64,000 nucleotides of DNA from Octopus sinensis (Eukaryota), in NCBI RefSeq assembly GCF_006345805.1, contig NC_043013.1, forward strand, positions 35,030,001-35,094,000. Direction: 5' to 3'. Both the position numbers and the translations under genes were made by a program. Under the pieces are notes generated by a model. The model was not told the origin of the DNA, ran no database searches, and saw nothing but the letters and a program-made list of their open reading frames with translations. Of the stretch, positions 1-11,156 are shown piece after piece. Each line of letters begins with the position of its first letter. Position 1 is the first letter of the stretch.

Positions 1-145
1 TGTTTTGGCTAAACATCACCAACAAATGAGAGAGAACATCTATCAGGTCGCTTAATCTACAAGAAATAGCAGTTAAGTCTTACTCAAATTATACTCTACA
101 GTCTTCAAAATACAAGACAACAAATTTAATAATGTAGTTGTTGAT

Positions 146-283
146 ACATTATTTACGTTATTTACATTATTTACATTTGATGGATATTTGTTAACACGTT
201 TTGGCTGATATACCCTCCAGCCTTCATCAGGTGTCTTGGGGAAATTTTGAACCTGGTTTCTCATTTCTAAGGTATTTTTTCGA

Positions 284-376
<93 letters not shown>

Positions 377-429
377 CATCATCACCATTCAGGTCACTGC
401 CTGGAATCGAATTCGGAATCTTGGGGTTA
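146..429 (-). mobile_element. ORF-less copy of the PLE 3' module (partial tRNA-like head, (AAT)n, hammerhead, TAAATAATG tail)
   Basis: Reverse complement aligns to 8067-8270: taaccccaagattccgaattcgattccaggcagtgacctga...(AAT)n...gacacCTGATGAaggctggagggtatatcagccAAAAcgtgtt...tgtaaataatgtaaataa. Confidence 0.85.
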
Positions 430-873
430 TGGTCATGCCTGGAATACCTTAGAACATATGACTGCTACTAGATAAGGATTGACTTGAATTTAAACAACAA
501 CACATTACAATACTTATTGTAAGTTTAAACACAAATTGCTAGTTCAGTCTTTTACTCACAACCATATTCTATGTCATCCTATAGCAGATCTGAACTCAAG
601 TCATCACAGTTATGACACATGGAAGGTCGAGTTATCAGTTAATCAACGGTTGGTTTTTCACATGTTTTTCACATGATAGTTTCTCTTGCTGATTCAACGT
701 GTGTAACCAGAATGCCGGAACACCTTTCCCAGGCAGGTGTAACATAATAAATCCCTTTTTTAAATGCTCGATGTTATTCAGTTATTGTACACAGTTTTTC
801 CACAAGCTAACCCTAACAACTCATCTTAACAACAACATCAGCACAACACGCAACCAGGCAAAAGCCATCCGTT

Positions 874-1298
874 ATTCTTCTGTTCCTTTATTTGTTTCAG
901 TTATTTGACTGCGGCCATGCTGGAGCACCACCTTTAGTTGAACAAATCAACCCCTAGCACTTAATCTTTGTAAGCCTAGTACTTATACTATCAGTCTCTT
1001 TTGGCCAAACTGCTAAGTTATGGTGACGTAAACACATCAACATCGGTTGTCAAGTAATGGTGGGGGACAACTACAAACACACAAAGATACACTCACACAC
1101 TCACACACACACACACTCACACATACACATATATATATGAAGGGATTCTTTCAGTTTCCATCAACCAAATCCACTCACAAGGCTTTAGTCGGCCCAAGGC
1201 TATACTAGAAAATACTTGCCGAAGGTGTCACACAGTGGGACTGAACCCAGAACCATGCAGTTGGAAAGCAAGCTACTTACCACACAGCCACTCCATTG
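874..1298 (-). mobile_element. tRNA-derived SINE, family B (CORE-like), near full length
   Basis: Matches other B copies (ggagtggctgtgtggtaagtagcttg...ggtgctccagcatggccgcagtc...aaacaa tail) in reverse orientation. Confidence 0.9.
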
Positions 1299-1614
1299 CA
1301 AGGGTTTCTTAAGTTTCTCCCTAATTTGATTTCCATTTCACTTCAGAAACCAGAGGTGTGTTTTGAGACCTTCAGTTGATGACTAACTTAACAGGATGCT
1401 GTTTTTTTAAATTCTTTTTTTGTTGTTGTTGTTTGAAAAGCAAATCATTGTATCATTCAGCTGGACAGATGACTACATCTGATGCTATCTAATTTCCTCT
1501 CATTGAATTCCAGCAGGGTATTAACTCATATTATCAATTAAAGCTGTTTAATCTCAATATACTGTTAATAATTAGCTTATTAATTTGTATCAAGGATCAT
1601 CATTATCCTCATCA

Positions 1615-1930
1615 TCATTGTCGTTTAACGTCCGCTTTCCATGCTGGTATGGGTTGGATGGCTTGACTGAGGACTGGCGAGCCAGAAGGCTGCATCAGGC
1701 TCCAATCTGACCTGGCAAAGTTTTTACAGCAGGACGCCCTTCCTAACACCATCCATTCTGAGAGTGTAGTACCTTACTGGCACATGTGCAGGTAAGGCAA
1801 TGCTGGCAACAATCACGCTTGAATGGTGCTTTTTACATGCCACCAGCACAGGAGCCAATCTGCAGCCCTAGCAATGATCATGCTTGGATGGTGCTTTTAA
1901 TGTTCCACTGGCATGGGTGCCAATCAGGCA
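1615..1930 (-). mobile_element. Short retroposon, family C (RTE-related, (GAT)n tail)
   Basis: cgtttaacgtccgctttccatgctggtatgggttgga...gcccttcctaacacc, homologous to the reverse complement of 24470-24921. Confidence 0.85.
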
Positions 1931-2598
1931 GTGCTGTCAAGGGTCGGAAAGAAAATTCAAACAAAATGGAGCATGAAATGCCCCTATGTGCGCATATGTG
2001 TATGTACTTGCAATTGAATATACACATGTCTGCGCATACTTGCATTTGCTACTAGTGCTCTATGTCTGAATGGCTAAGGAGTTTACTTAGCAATCATGAG
2101 GTTTCAGGTTCAATCCCACAGCATGTCATCTTGAGCAAGAATCCTTTACTATAGTCCTGGGTTGATCTAAGCATTTGTGAGTGTGAAATCTTTGCAGATA
2201 GCAACTGTGTAGAAGCCTTTCTAGTGGATTATGCGTTTAATTCAAAAGACCAGCCTTCTTCAGACACCATAACATGCTTATTTAGCTTGAGGATTACTTT
2301 AAGGCTGGATATATTTATGGAATATTCAGTTGTAGCATGACCCCTTAACCCTGATGGAGAAGAATTATGGCCAAAGACATTACGGCAATGATCACATCTA
2401 TCTATTTTCCTAAAACAGTTAAGCTAAACCACATTATCTAAAATATTGGTATTGTGTGTAATTTTCTTTTTTATCCTGGATGGTAGAGTTTGATTTGAGG
2501 AAGATATAGTTGTTATATCTTGCTATTCAAGCAACTTTGAAGAAGTTGATCCTCTTCTTGATCCTCCATAGCTTCAGTTTCAAACAAAGATCAACATA

Positions 2599-3105
2599 GG
2601 AGCGGTCCTGGCTGATAAGTAGCTTGCTTACCAGCCACATGGTTCCGAGCTCAGTCCCACTTATTGGCACCTTGGGCAAGTGTCTTCTACTATAGCCTCA
2701 GGCTGACCAAAGCCTTGTGAGTGGATTTGGTAGAAGGAAACTGAAAGAAGTCTGTCATATATATGTATATATATATATTAATATATATATATATATACAT
2801 ATATATATACACATATACATGATGGACTTCTTTCAGTGTATACATATATATGTATACTCACATATATATATATACATACATATATATATGTGTGTGTGTG
2901 TATGTATGGATATACAAATAATTGAAATTTACAGAAAAACAAAAGTCAAAGACAGGTGTATAAACAACAAGCAGGTGTATTGTTCGATGCTTGGGAAGGT
3001 GAGAAAGTCTTTTACATTTTGAACCTATGCTCTTCGACAGAAAGGAACACAAGGAAATAAACAGAGATAATAAAAAAAACTTGTGGATTTAGCAGTCAAT
3101 CATGG

Positions 3106-3146
<41 letters not shown>

Positions 3147-3378
3147 GTGTATATTTGTGTGTCTGTGTTTGTCCTCCCACCATTACTTGACAACCGATGT
3201 TGGTGTTTTTATACCCCTGTAATTTAGCAGTTTGGTAAAAGAGACCAATAGGATAAGAACTAAGCTTACAAAGAATAAGTCCTGTGGTCGGTTTGTTCGA
3301 CTAAGGACAGTGCTCCAGTATGGCCACAAGTACAGCCAAATGACTGAAACAAGTACAAGAATAAAAGAATAAAAGAAT
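2599..3378 (+). mobile_element. SINE family B interrupted in its central microsatellite by a ~200-bp insert (2905-3107)
   Basis: B 5' half at 2599-2760 and B 3' half at 3150-3378, with unrelated sequence between. Confidence 0.8.
2905..3107 (-). mobile_element. Probable terminal fragment of a second PLE family carrying a degenerate hammerhead (3009-3044)
   Basis: Reverse complement reads cttt CTGTCGA A gagc atag gttc AAAA tg TA aaag. Stems I and II pair, and the core is decayed. Confidence 0.45.
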
Positions 3379-3721
3379 CTAATTATGTAATGTCCCTGTC
3401 AGTTTGAAATGTCAAATCATTAATGATAACGATAATGTAATGTAATACCTTTTCCGCAATTGAAACTAGTTCTCCAGCCTTGATCACATAGAACATATCT
3501 TATCGTCTTATCTTTGGTCTCTCTCTTTCCCTAACTAAACCACACACACACATCACCACCACCACCACCACCACCAACAACAACACCAACAACAACAGCA
3601 ACAGCAACAACAATAATTTTATATACTTATTAATATCTAAAATATAAAGAAACTTCAAGAACAACTTTAATATTTTTCAGTGCTGTTATTAAAGTTTGCT
3701 TTACACATTTAAGCATGTGTC

Positions 3722-3901
<180 letters not shown>

Positions 3902-4288
3902 TATATATATATATTTATGAATGTAAATATATGTGTTTATGTATATATTTGCAAATTATATAACATCACAGTTATTTTGCCCTTTCGTCAGCTGTATCTG
4001 TTTATCTATCTGTCTGTCTGTCTATCTATTTGTGTTAGCTATTATTATTTCATGTCTTTCACCTTGTAAAAGAACCACAGCGCACTAAACTACCTCTGTA
4101 TTTGCTGTATACAACTAATTAATTCTATGTGTTCGGTCCCCAAAGCTATATGATTAAACAGCTATTATTTTGAGAGGGGTAAATAATTTTTCTTCCCTTT
4201 TTCTATATATATACATACATGTGATAAAATATACAGCATATATATACGTAACTACAAATTCATGAATATAAATACATGTATATGTATA

Positions 4289-4322
<34 letters not shown>

Positions 4323-4463
4323 TTTACACATAGATATGTATATATCGATATATATACACACATGCATATATAATATGTTTGTTTCTGTAAATGTATGTTT
4401 ATGTCTGTTTCAGTGTGCATGCTAATGGTATATAGCATATAATAATAGCAATAATGATGATGT

Positions 4464-4515
<52 letters not shown>

Positions 4516-4896
4516 AAATATAAATACTATATAATGTACAGATAGATTGCTATGTAGATAAATAGATAGCATTTAATTATTATTTAACCATCTTTTAAAT
4601 TGCTTTATCCACAAACTACTCGTCAAAGCTTAGAAAATTAGGATCTTTCCGCAGTATGGAAACAATATTTTCCAAAAATATATTATGTATTGTAATTAAT
4701 TTTTATGTTATTTTTCATTCATGTTTTACTTATTTATTCATTTACATATATTATGCTGTATGCATATGTGTGTGTGTGTGTGTGTTTGTATACACACATA
4801 TAAATATATAGATATACATATATACATATAAATACATATATATAAATATATACATATATTCATACAAACACACACATACACACATATATGTATAAG

Positions 4897-4929
<33 letters not shown>

Positions 4930-5037
4930 ACATATATACATATATATTAATACTTCAAACACGTTAATATATGTTTATGTACATCATATATACACCAGTA
5001 TTTCAATAATGAATAAGCTTCTATATAATAATATAGT

Positions 5038-5085
<48 letters not shown>

Positions 5086-5187
5086 TATATACACATATAT
5101 ATAGATATACAATCGCATAAATAAAGATATAGGCATAAATACATGAATTCACGCTCCTTCAAATTTATACACTCACATGCACACACA

Positions 5188-5245
<58 letters not shown>

Positions 5246-5625
5246 GAAACTGAATTAGGTTTCAGAAATGTAATTGAATTTCATTTGTAAATTTACAAAT
5301 TTATGATAAGTTTTAACTCTGTACATTTTTCTGTGTTGTTATTGTTTTGTAACATCCATGTTCCTTGCTTTTGCATTTTCTTTTTATAGCAGTGGAGGGT
5401 TACTTCATTTAAACTATTCCTGTTTTCCAAGTAAACAATTTGCAATAATCCAAATTACCTTTTGAAGAAGCACTTCGGCCAATTCGTGTATAGCTGAACC
5501 TTGATGCATTACCGGTATGGGCATAGATAATGAACAACTTCACTAGGTATTCTATTTACGAATGTCATGATATATACTGCATAGAAAGGTGCATGTTTGT
5601 GTATATGTACATAACATCATCATCA

Positions 5626-5867
5626 GGTGTAGCCATGTGGTAAGAAGTTTGTTTCTCAACCACATGGTTCTGGGTTCAGTCCCTGAGTGTGGTGCCTTAA
5701 GCAAGTGTCTTCAGTTATAGCCTTAGTGTTTGGATTTGATCAACAGGAACTCAAAGAAGCCCATCATCTATCTATTTATCTATCTATATCTATAGCTATA
5801 TATATATGTATATGTATATATATATGTGTGTGTGTGTGCATATATATATATACGTACATATATATAC

Positions 5868-5898
<31 letters not shown>

Positions 5899-6153
5899 AA
5901 GGGAGAGAGGGAGAGACGTATGTGTGTGTCTTTGCCTATGTGTCTGTCTTTATCTCCCAGCTCCACTTGAAAACTGGTGTCGGTGTGTTTATGTCCCTGT
6001 AACTTAGTGGCTCAGCAAAAGAGACTGATAGAATAAGTACAAGGCTTCAAAAAGTAAGTACTGGGGTTGGTTCATTCAGCTAAAAATTCTTCAAGGCGGT
6101 GCCCCAGCATGGCTGCAGTCTGGTTACTGAGACAAGCAAAAGATAAAAGATTA
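5626..6153 (+). mobile_element. SINE family B, diverged
   Basis: Head gtagccatgtggtaagaagtttg...; 3' half gtgccccagcatggctgcagtc...aaaagataaaag. Confidence 0.85.
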
Positions 6154-6189
6154 AAGGTAGTCGCCATCGTCGTCGTCATCATCATCATC

Positions 6190-6221
<32 letters not shown>

Positions 6222-6279
6222 CATCATCACCATCATCATCATCATTATTACCACTATCATCATCATAACAGCAATCATT

Positions 6280-6313
<34 letters not shown>

Positions 6314-6549
6314 CGTTATCATCATCATCATTGCAAACTAACATACTGTTGGCACTTGTTTACAGTTAGCATACAACATCAAGACAAGGTGACAGACATA
6401 GACTCATATACTCATGTATATACATGTACATAACCATACACACATTCAGAAGCCTACATGCATACATATATAGACACTTCCATTCATGTACATATGGACC
6501 TATATGATGTTAGTCTCTTGTAGTCCCAGAAAAATTGTTCTGCAATTTC

Positions 6550-6790
6550 TTTCTGGGCAACCAACACAAATGATTTGTTTATAAAGAGATCAAACGTATG
6601 TGTCATACATTAGTTCAATCTTTGCATGAAATCAATGTTACCTGAACAGGTGCACAGTGTACCATACATCAGGTGTTGAAATGATCACAGAGCAACGTGA
6701 GATGAAGTGCTTTGCTCAAGAACACAATGCACCACCTGATCCAGGTATTGAACCCTTGTTCTCACAGTCATGAGTGCAACACCTCACACC
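6550..6790 (-). mobile_element. tRNA-derived SINE, family E variant
   Basis: gagatgaagtgctttgctcaagaacacaatgcacc matches the E-family core (aaagtgtcttgctcaagaacacaac). Confidence 0.7.
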
Positions 6791-6803
6791 TTACATACAT
6801 ATA

Positions 6804-7038
6804 CAACCATGGCAAAAAGTTTGGAACGTTATTTTTTGAATTAAAATTATTATGCCGAAGTACAATTTGATTGAAATATATTTAGTCATTTGATATAAAA
6901 ATTCTAATTTTCAAGACCTATGTTCCAGACTTTTGGCCAAGTAATTAATTATATATTGCAAATTAAATATAGCTTTGGGGTATTTGATATAAAAATTCTA
7001 ATTCTCAGACCTATGTTCCAAAGTTTTGGCCATGACTG
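6804..7038. mobile_element. Tc1/mariner-type MITE, TA-flanked
   Basis: Left TIR caaccatggcaaaaagtttggaac and reverse complement of right TIR cagtcatggccaaaactttggaac match at 20/24. TA on both sides. Confidence 0.8.
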
Positions 7039-7734
7039 TATGTATGTATATGTGTGTACACTTGTATGTATATGTATCATCATCATCACCATCAGTCTTG
7101 GAAAATAATGCAAAGATGATGCCGGTAGGAAAACCTTTGATTAAAGGTTTGCTCATTCATGACTAATCAGTGTGCTAAACAATACAACAACAAAACAATA
7201 AAAAGAATAGAGAAAGGAATTGCCATTTATTGCAGAAGAATGAAATTTTAGATTTATGAAGAAAGAATGATGTAGCTGAAATTTTGAAATGGTCATTCCA
7301 GAAATACAATTGGTGACTTTGGTAATAGTTTTTTTCTGCTATAGACACAAGGCCTGAAATTTTGTGGAAAGGAACTAGTTGATAGCATCATCACCATTTC
7401 TAAACTAGTACTCATTCTATTGACTCCGCAAAAGAAGGAAAACCAAAGGTGGTTTTGGCAGAATTTAAAGTCACAATGTAAATCTGGAAGAAATGCCACT
7501 AACCATTTTATCTGGTATTCTCACAATTCTTCTAAGTCACCACCTTTGAATTTGGTAACATTAAAAATGGAGACCACCTCCCCCTGTGCGATGAAGTTAA
7601 AATAATAGACAGAGAACACCAGTGGAAAATACGAAAACTAAAAGAAGCAGCACATATGCTAGGACACAACAACCTCCTAAGCAGACTGAGTGCATATATG
7701 AATAGTATATGGGAACCAGTATTAAGAAAGGATA

Positions 7735-7966
7735 AGGCGGCGAGCTGGCAGAAACGTTAGCACGCCGGGCGAAATGCTTAGCGGTATTTCGTCTGCGTTA
7801 CGTTGTGAGTTCAAATTCCGCCGAGGTCGACTTTGCCTTTCATCCTTTCAGGGTCGATAAATTAAGTACCAGTTACGAACTGGGGTCGATGTAATCAACT
7901 TAATACCTATGTCTGTCCTTGTTTGTTCCCTCTGTGTTTAGCCCCTTGTGGGTAATAAAGAAATAG
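7735..7966 (+). mobile_element. Young tRNA-derived SINE, family A, inserted in the PLE ORF
   Basis: ggcggcgagctggcagaaacgttagc...gggtaataaagaaatag, flanked by a 16-bp TSD gtattaagaaaggata (7719-7734 and 7967-7982). Confidence 0.95.
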
Positions 7967-8031
7967 GTATTAAGAAAGGATAGGAAAATATTAGATTTAT
8001 AAGCCCTAAAATTCACTCCATAATTGCCCAT

Positions 8032-8104
8032 GGGCATATGGTGTAGAGGTTAAGAGTGCGGGCTACTAACCCCAAAATTCTGAGTTTGATTCCAGGCAGT
8101 GACC
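8032..8104 (+). promoter_or_regulatory. tRNA-derived Pol III A-box/B-box module (not a functional tRNA)
   Basis: A-box-like tggtgtagagg at 8039-8049, B-box-like gagtttgattcc at 8082-8093, and anticodon-like loop ggg-CTACTAA-ccc. The acceptor and T stems are imperfect. Confidence 0.7.
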
Positions 8105-8173
8105 TGAATAATGATAATAATAACATCGAAAAATACCTTAGGAATGAGAACCCAGGTTTGAAATTTCCCCCAA

Positions 8174-8218
8174 GACACCTGATGAAGGCTAGAGGGTTAT
8201 CAGCTGAAATGTTGTGTT
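8174..8218 (+). ncRNA. Minimal type I hammerhead ribozyme (CpG-decayed copy)
   Basis: gacac-CTGATGA-a-ggct..cagct-GAAA-tgtt-gtgtt. Stem I is gacac/gtgtt. The reconstruction from three copies gives stem II ggctg/cagcc and stem III as palindromic ACGT with a GUU cleavage triplet. Confidence 0.75.
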
Positions 8219-8359
8219 AACAACCACCAAGATGAGGACAAATATCCGTCAAATGTAAATAATGTACATAATTCTTCATCTCTTAAATATAGAAGTATAT
8301 ATGTTAAAACCAGTTCATAAACTAGTTATTCTTAATGAGGTACCAGAATTCCAACTTAC

Positions 8360-8427
8360 CCCTCATCAAATTTTGACTTCTGGTGAACTAACTCTTCTTC
8401 ACAAGCAATCAGATTATACATCAACTG
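8360..8427 (-). CDS. Candidate small exon (QLMYNLIACEEELVHQKSKFDEG)
   Basis: Acceptor cccccttttcag|, donor GGG|gtaagt, and only one open frame. No homology recognised. Confidence 0.3.
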
Positions 8428-8698
8428 CTGAAAAGGGGGTGTTTGTAATCACACAACAGCTAAATGTTATTGGACATTATATAAAAAACAAAATCACAGT
8501 AGTTCCATGAAAAACAATTTAGTGGTAAGACATTCACAGAATTGAGCATAAAAAAAAAAATCAAGCCATAAAGACTAATGTAGTAAAGAAAAGACAAAAT
8601 TAACTTAATGACTAATATTATGGCAAGTTTGGAAGAAAATTCCGGACACATTTTGGTCTTATTAGACTGTCAAAAAGAATGGTGTTTTTAGCACTTAC

Positions 8699-8722
8699 CA
8701 AAAGAGCAATGTAAATTGACAT
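8699..8722 (-). CDS. Candidate first coding exon (MSIYIALL)
   Basis: ATG followed by the donor TTG|gtaagt, in phase 0 with 8427-8360 across a 271-nt intron. Confidence 0.25.
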
Positions 8723-8978
8723 TATTGAGTCAAATAAGCATTAAATACACTTTATTCTCTGTATTTTGAATTCTGCTAAGAACTGAATTGTTAGTTGTGG
8801 ATGGCCAACAGACCAATCACTGATTGTGTGCATATGCAATGGCAAGAATGACAAGGAAGTGTCTGTACAATGGAGCAGAACAATTATTACTCAAAGTATT
8901 ATTGCTTAAAATTACCAGATTATCATATTTCTCTTTAAGACATATAGGAATATACACTGATCTTTGCATAGAAATAAA

Positions 8979-9016
<38 letters not shown>

Positions 9017-9814
9017 GTGTGTGTGTGTGTAGGTCAGCAGAGTCATTATAGTGTCAAACAAAATGCTTTGTGCATATGTTATATAGTTAGAGGTATTGGA
9101 GTGAGACAGAGGCAAGAGAGAGTTTATAAATGATAGGAAAGCTTGGAGAGTGTTTGTGGATGGATGAGTGAATTTCATGTTGCTCAAAGTGGTACAGAAC
9201 TAGCATGATGTGGCATGGTTAAACCAGCATATGCTGTCAGGCCCCGCTGCTGATATTGGGGGTCGCTTTCTATGCCCTGATCCGAGTATAGAACTGGGCT
9301 TGCCTCCTTGAGCTGGAAAATAAATGGAATGCCTGGTGTGTGTCTTCTTGTGGTTACCCCCCCCCCAAAAAAAAACATAGGGAATATGTCTGGGTATATA
9401 AAAATTTTAAAATATATATACATATATATAAAGTCATAGATGACAGAAGTATTTTGATGAAATGTTATTTAACAATAAGAAAATTCAAACATCATTACAA
9501 ATTGTTTCATAACTTAAAAACATGTAAATAATCTATATTATTATATATCGTACTATGTATTCTATATATTTTGTAGAATGATACGTTAAGGGGCTGTTTA
9601 TATGAGTACTACTGGATTACTTGAATCTGTATATTATTACTTAAATCTATATATATACAAATTAAAATCCAGAAATGTTGAGATGCTTTTGAAGAATGAT
9701 GTGTAATAACCTAACGATATGTTTTTTGCACTCTTCTGGTGCGATTTTGCCCAATAAAATGTTTTAATTACTGGAATTTCTTTTGGGCAAAATCGAAACA
9801 GCTGTAAGTGAACA

Positions 9815-10230
9815 TACTCTTTACTCTTTTACTCTTTTACTTGTTTCAGTCATTTGACTGCGGCCATGCTGGAGCACCGCCTTTAGTCAAGCAAATCGAC
9901 CCTGAGACTTATTCTTTGTAAGCACAGTACTTATTCTATCGGTCTCTTTTGCCGAACCGTTAAGTGACGGGGTCGTAAACACACCAGCATCGGTGTCAAG
10001 CAATGCTAGGAGGACAAACACAGACACACAAACACACACACACATACATATATACATACATATATAGAACAGGCTTCTTTCAGTTTCCGTCTACCAAATC
10101 CACTCACAAGGCATTGGTCGGCCCGGGGCTATAGCAGAAGACACTTGCTCAAGATGCCATGCAGTGGGACTGAACCCGGAACCATGTGGTTGGTTAGCAA
10201 GCTACTTACCACACAGCCACTCCTGCGCCT
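9815..10230 (-). mobile_element. SINE family B, young full length
   Basis: (tactcttt)n tail through accacacagccactcctgcgcc, with many CpGs retained. Confidence 0.95.
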
Positions 10231-10379
10231 ATAGCCAGAACACTACTTCTCCATTTTCTATATTTTAATTTGATTATTTATAAACCAAGATTTATATTTA
10301 AACTTATCATTTTAGAAATCAACAAAATAATAGGTAACAAACCAATAATTCATTGGATATTTTTTATCCTTCAAGGTGT

Positions 10380-10670
10380 TTTTTTAAGCCTAGCTCATAA
10401 GGGCTGGTTACCCGGTTTTCTTGACATATAGGTTTCACACCTGGATGGGACACCAGTTGGTCGCAGGTGAGCTGCTAGATGTAGGAGGAAAGAGTGAGAG
10501 AACGTTGCGGCGAATGAGTCAGCAGAAGTTCACCATTACCTTCTGTCGGAGCTGCATGGAGCCTTAGGCGTTTCGCTCATAAACACACACACATCACCCT
10601 GTCTGAGATTTGAACCCACAATCCCTCAACCATGAGTCTGCTGCTCTAACCACTAGGCCATGTGCCTCCA
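10380..10670 (-). mobile_element. tRNA-derived SINE, family D variant
   Basis: ctctaaccactaggccatgtgcctcca head and aagcctagctcat tail match 26187-26533 in reverse. Confidence 0.8.
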
Positions 10671-10940
10671 CAAAATATGAACGGTAATAAAGCATAAAAT
10701 AAATTATTTTTCAAAACTGAAATAAACTTAACAGTAAGATGGAAAATAATGTTTATTTTCATATAACTTCTCTTTATTTATATTTGAAATGTTTCCTCCA
10801 ACATTTTATAATTTCAAAACCTTTGATCAGATCCTGAAAATTAATCTTACACAACACGTCCATTTCTATACTTAGTAGAGATAAAGCATCCTGAATGTTA
10901 TTTTAGCAAGTTTAAAGTGATTTCTTTTGTGCTGTAAACC

Positions 10941-11156
10941 TATTTCTTTATTACCCACAAGGGGCTAAACATAGAGGGGACAAACAAGGACAGATATAGG
11001 TATTAAGTCGATTATATCGACCCCAGTGCGTAACTGGTACTTAATTTATCGACCCCGAAATGATGAAAGGCAAAGTCGACCTCGGCGGAATTTGAACTCA
11101 CAACGTAATGGCAGATGAAATACCCGGCGTGCTAACGTTTCTGCCAGCTCGCCGCC
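10941..11156 (-). mobile_element. Young SINE family A
   Basis: 15-bp TSD tttgtgctgtaaacc (10926-10940 and 11157-11171). Confidence 0.95.

Larger units (their letters stand above)
7563..8295 (+). mobile_element. 5'-truncated Penelope-like retroelement: GIY-YIG C-terminus, tRNA-like module, (AAT)n, hammerhead, terminal hairpin
   Basis: 7566-7734 plus 7983-8002 translate as NGDHLPLCDEVKIIDREHQWKIRKLKEAAHMLGHNNLLSRLSAYMNSIWEPVLRKD-RKILDL*. This fits the PLE endonuclease C-terminal pattern (H..W..K(I/L)LD.E....R..KEA..I, from recall). The 3' end matches 16704-16890. Confidence 0.8.

Noticed and set aside
8032-8104. Functional tRNA gene
   Set aside because: The acceptor, D and T stems do not pair properly, and the sequence is part of a repeated mobile module.
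8228-8255. Second hammerhead in the PLE tail (gatgaggac..gtcaaa)
   Set aside because: It lacks the CU of CUGANGA and G12, and is better explained as the left arm of the terminal hairpin.
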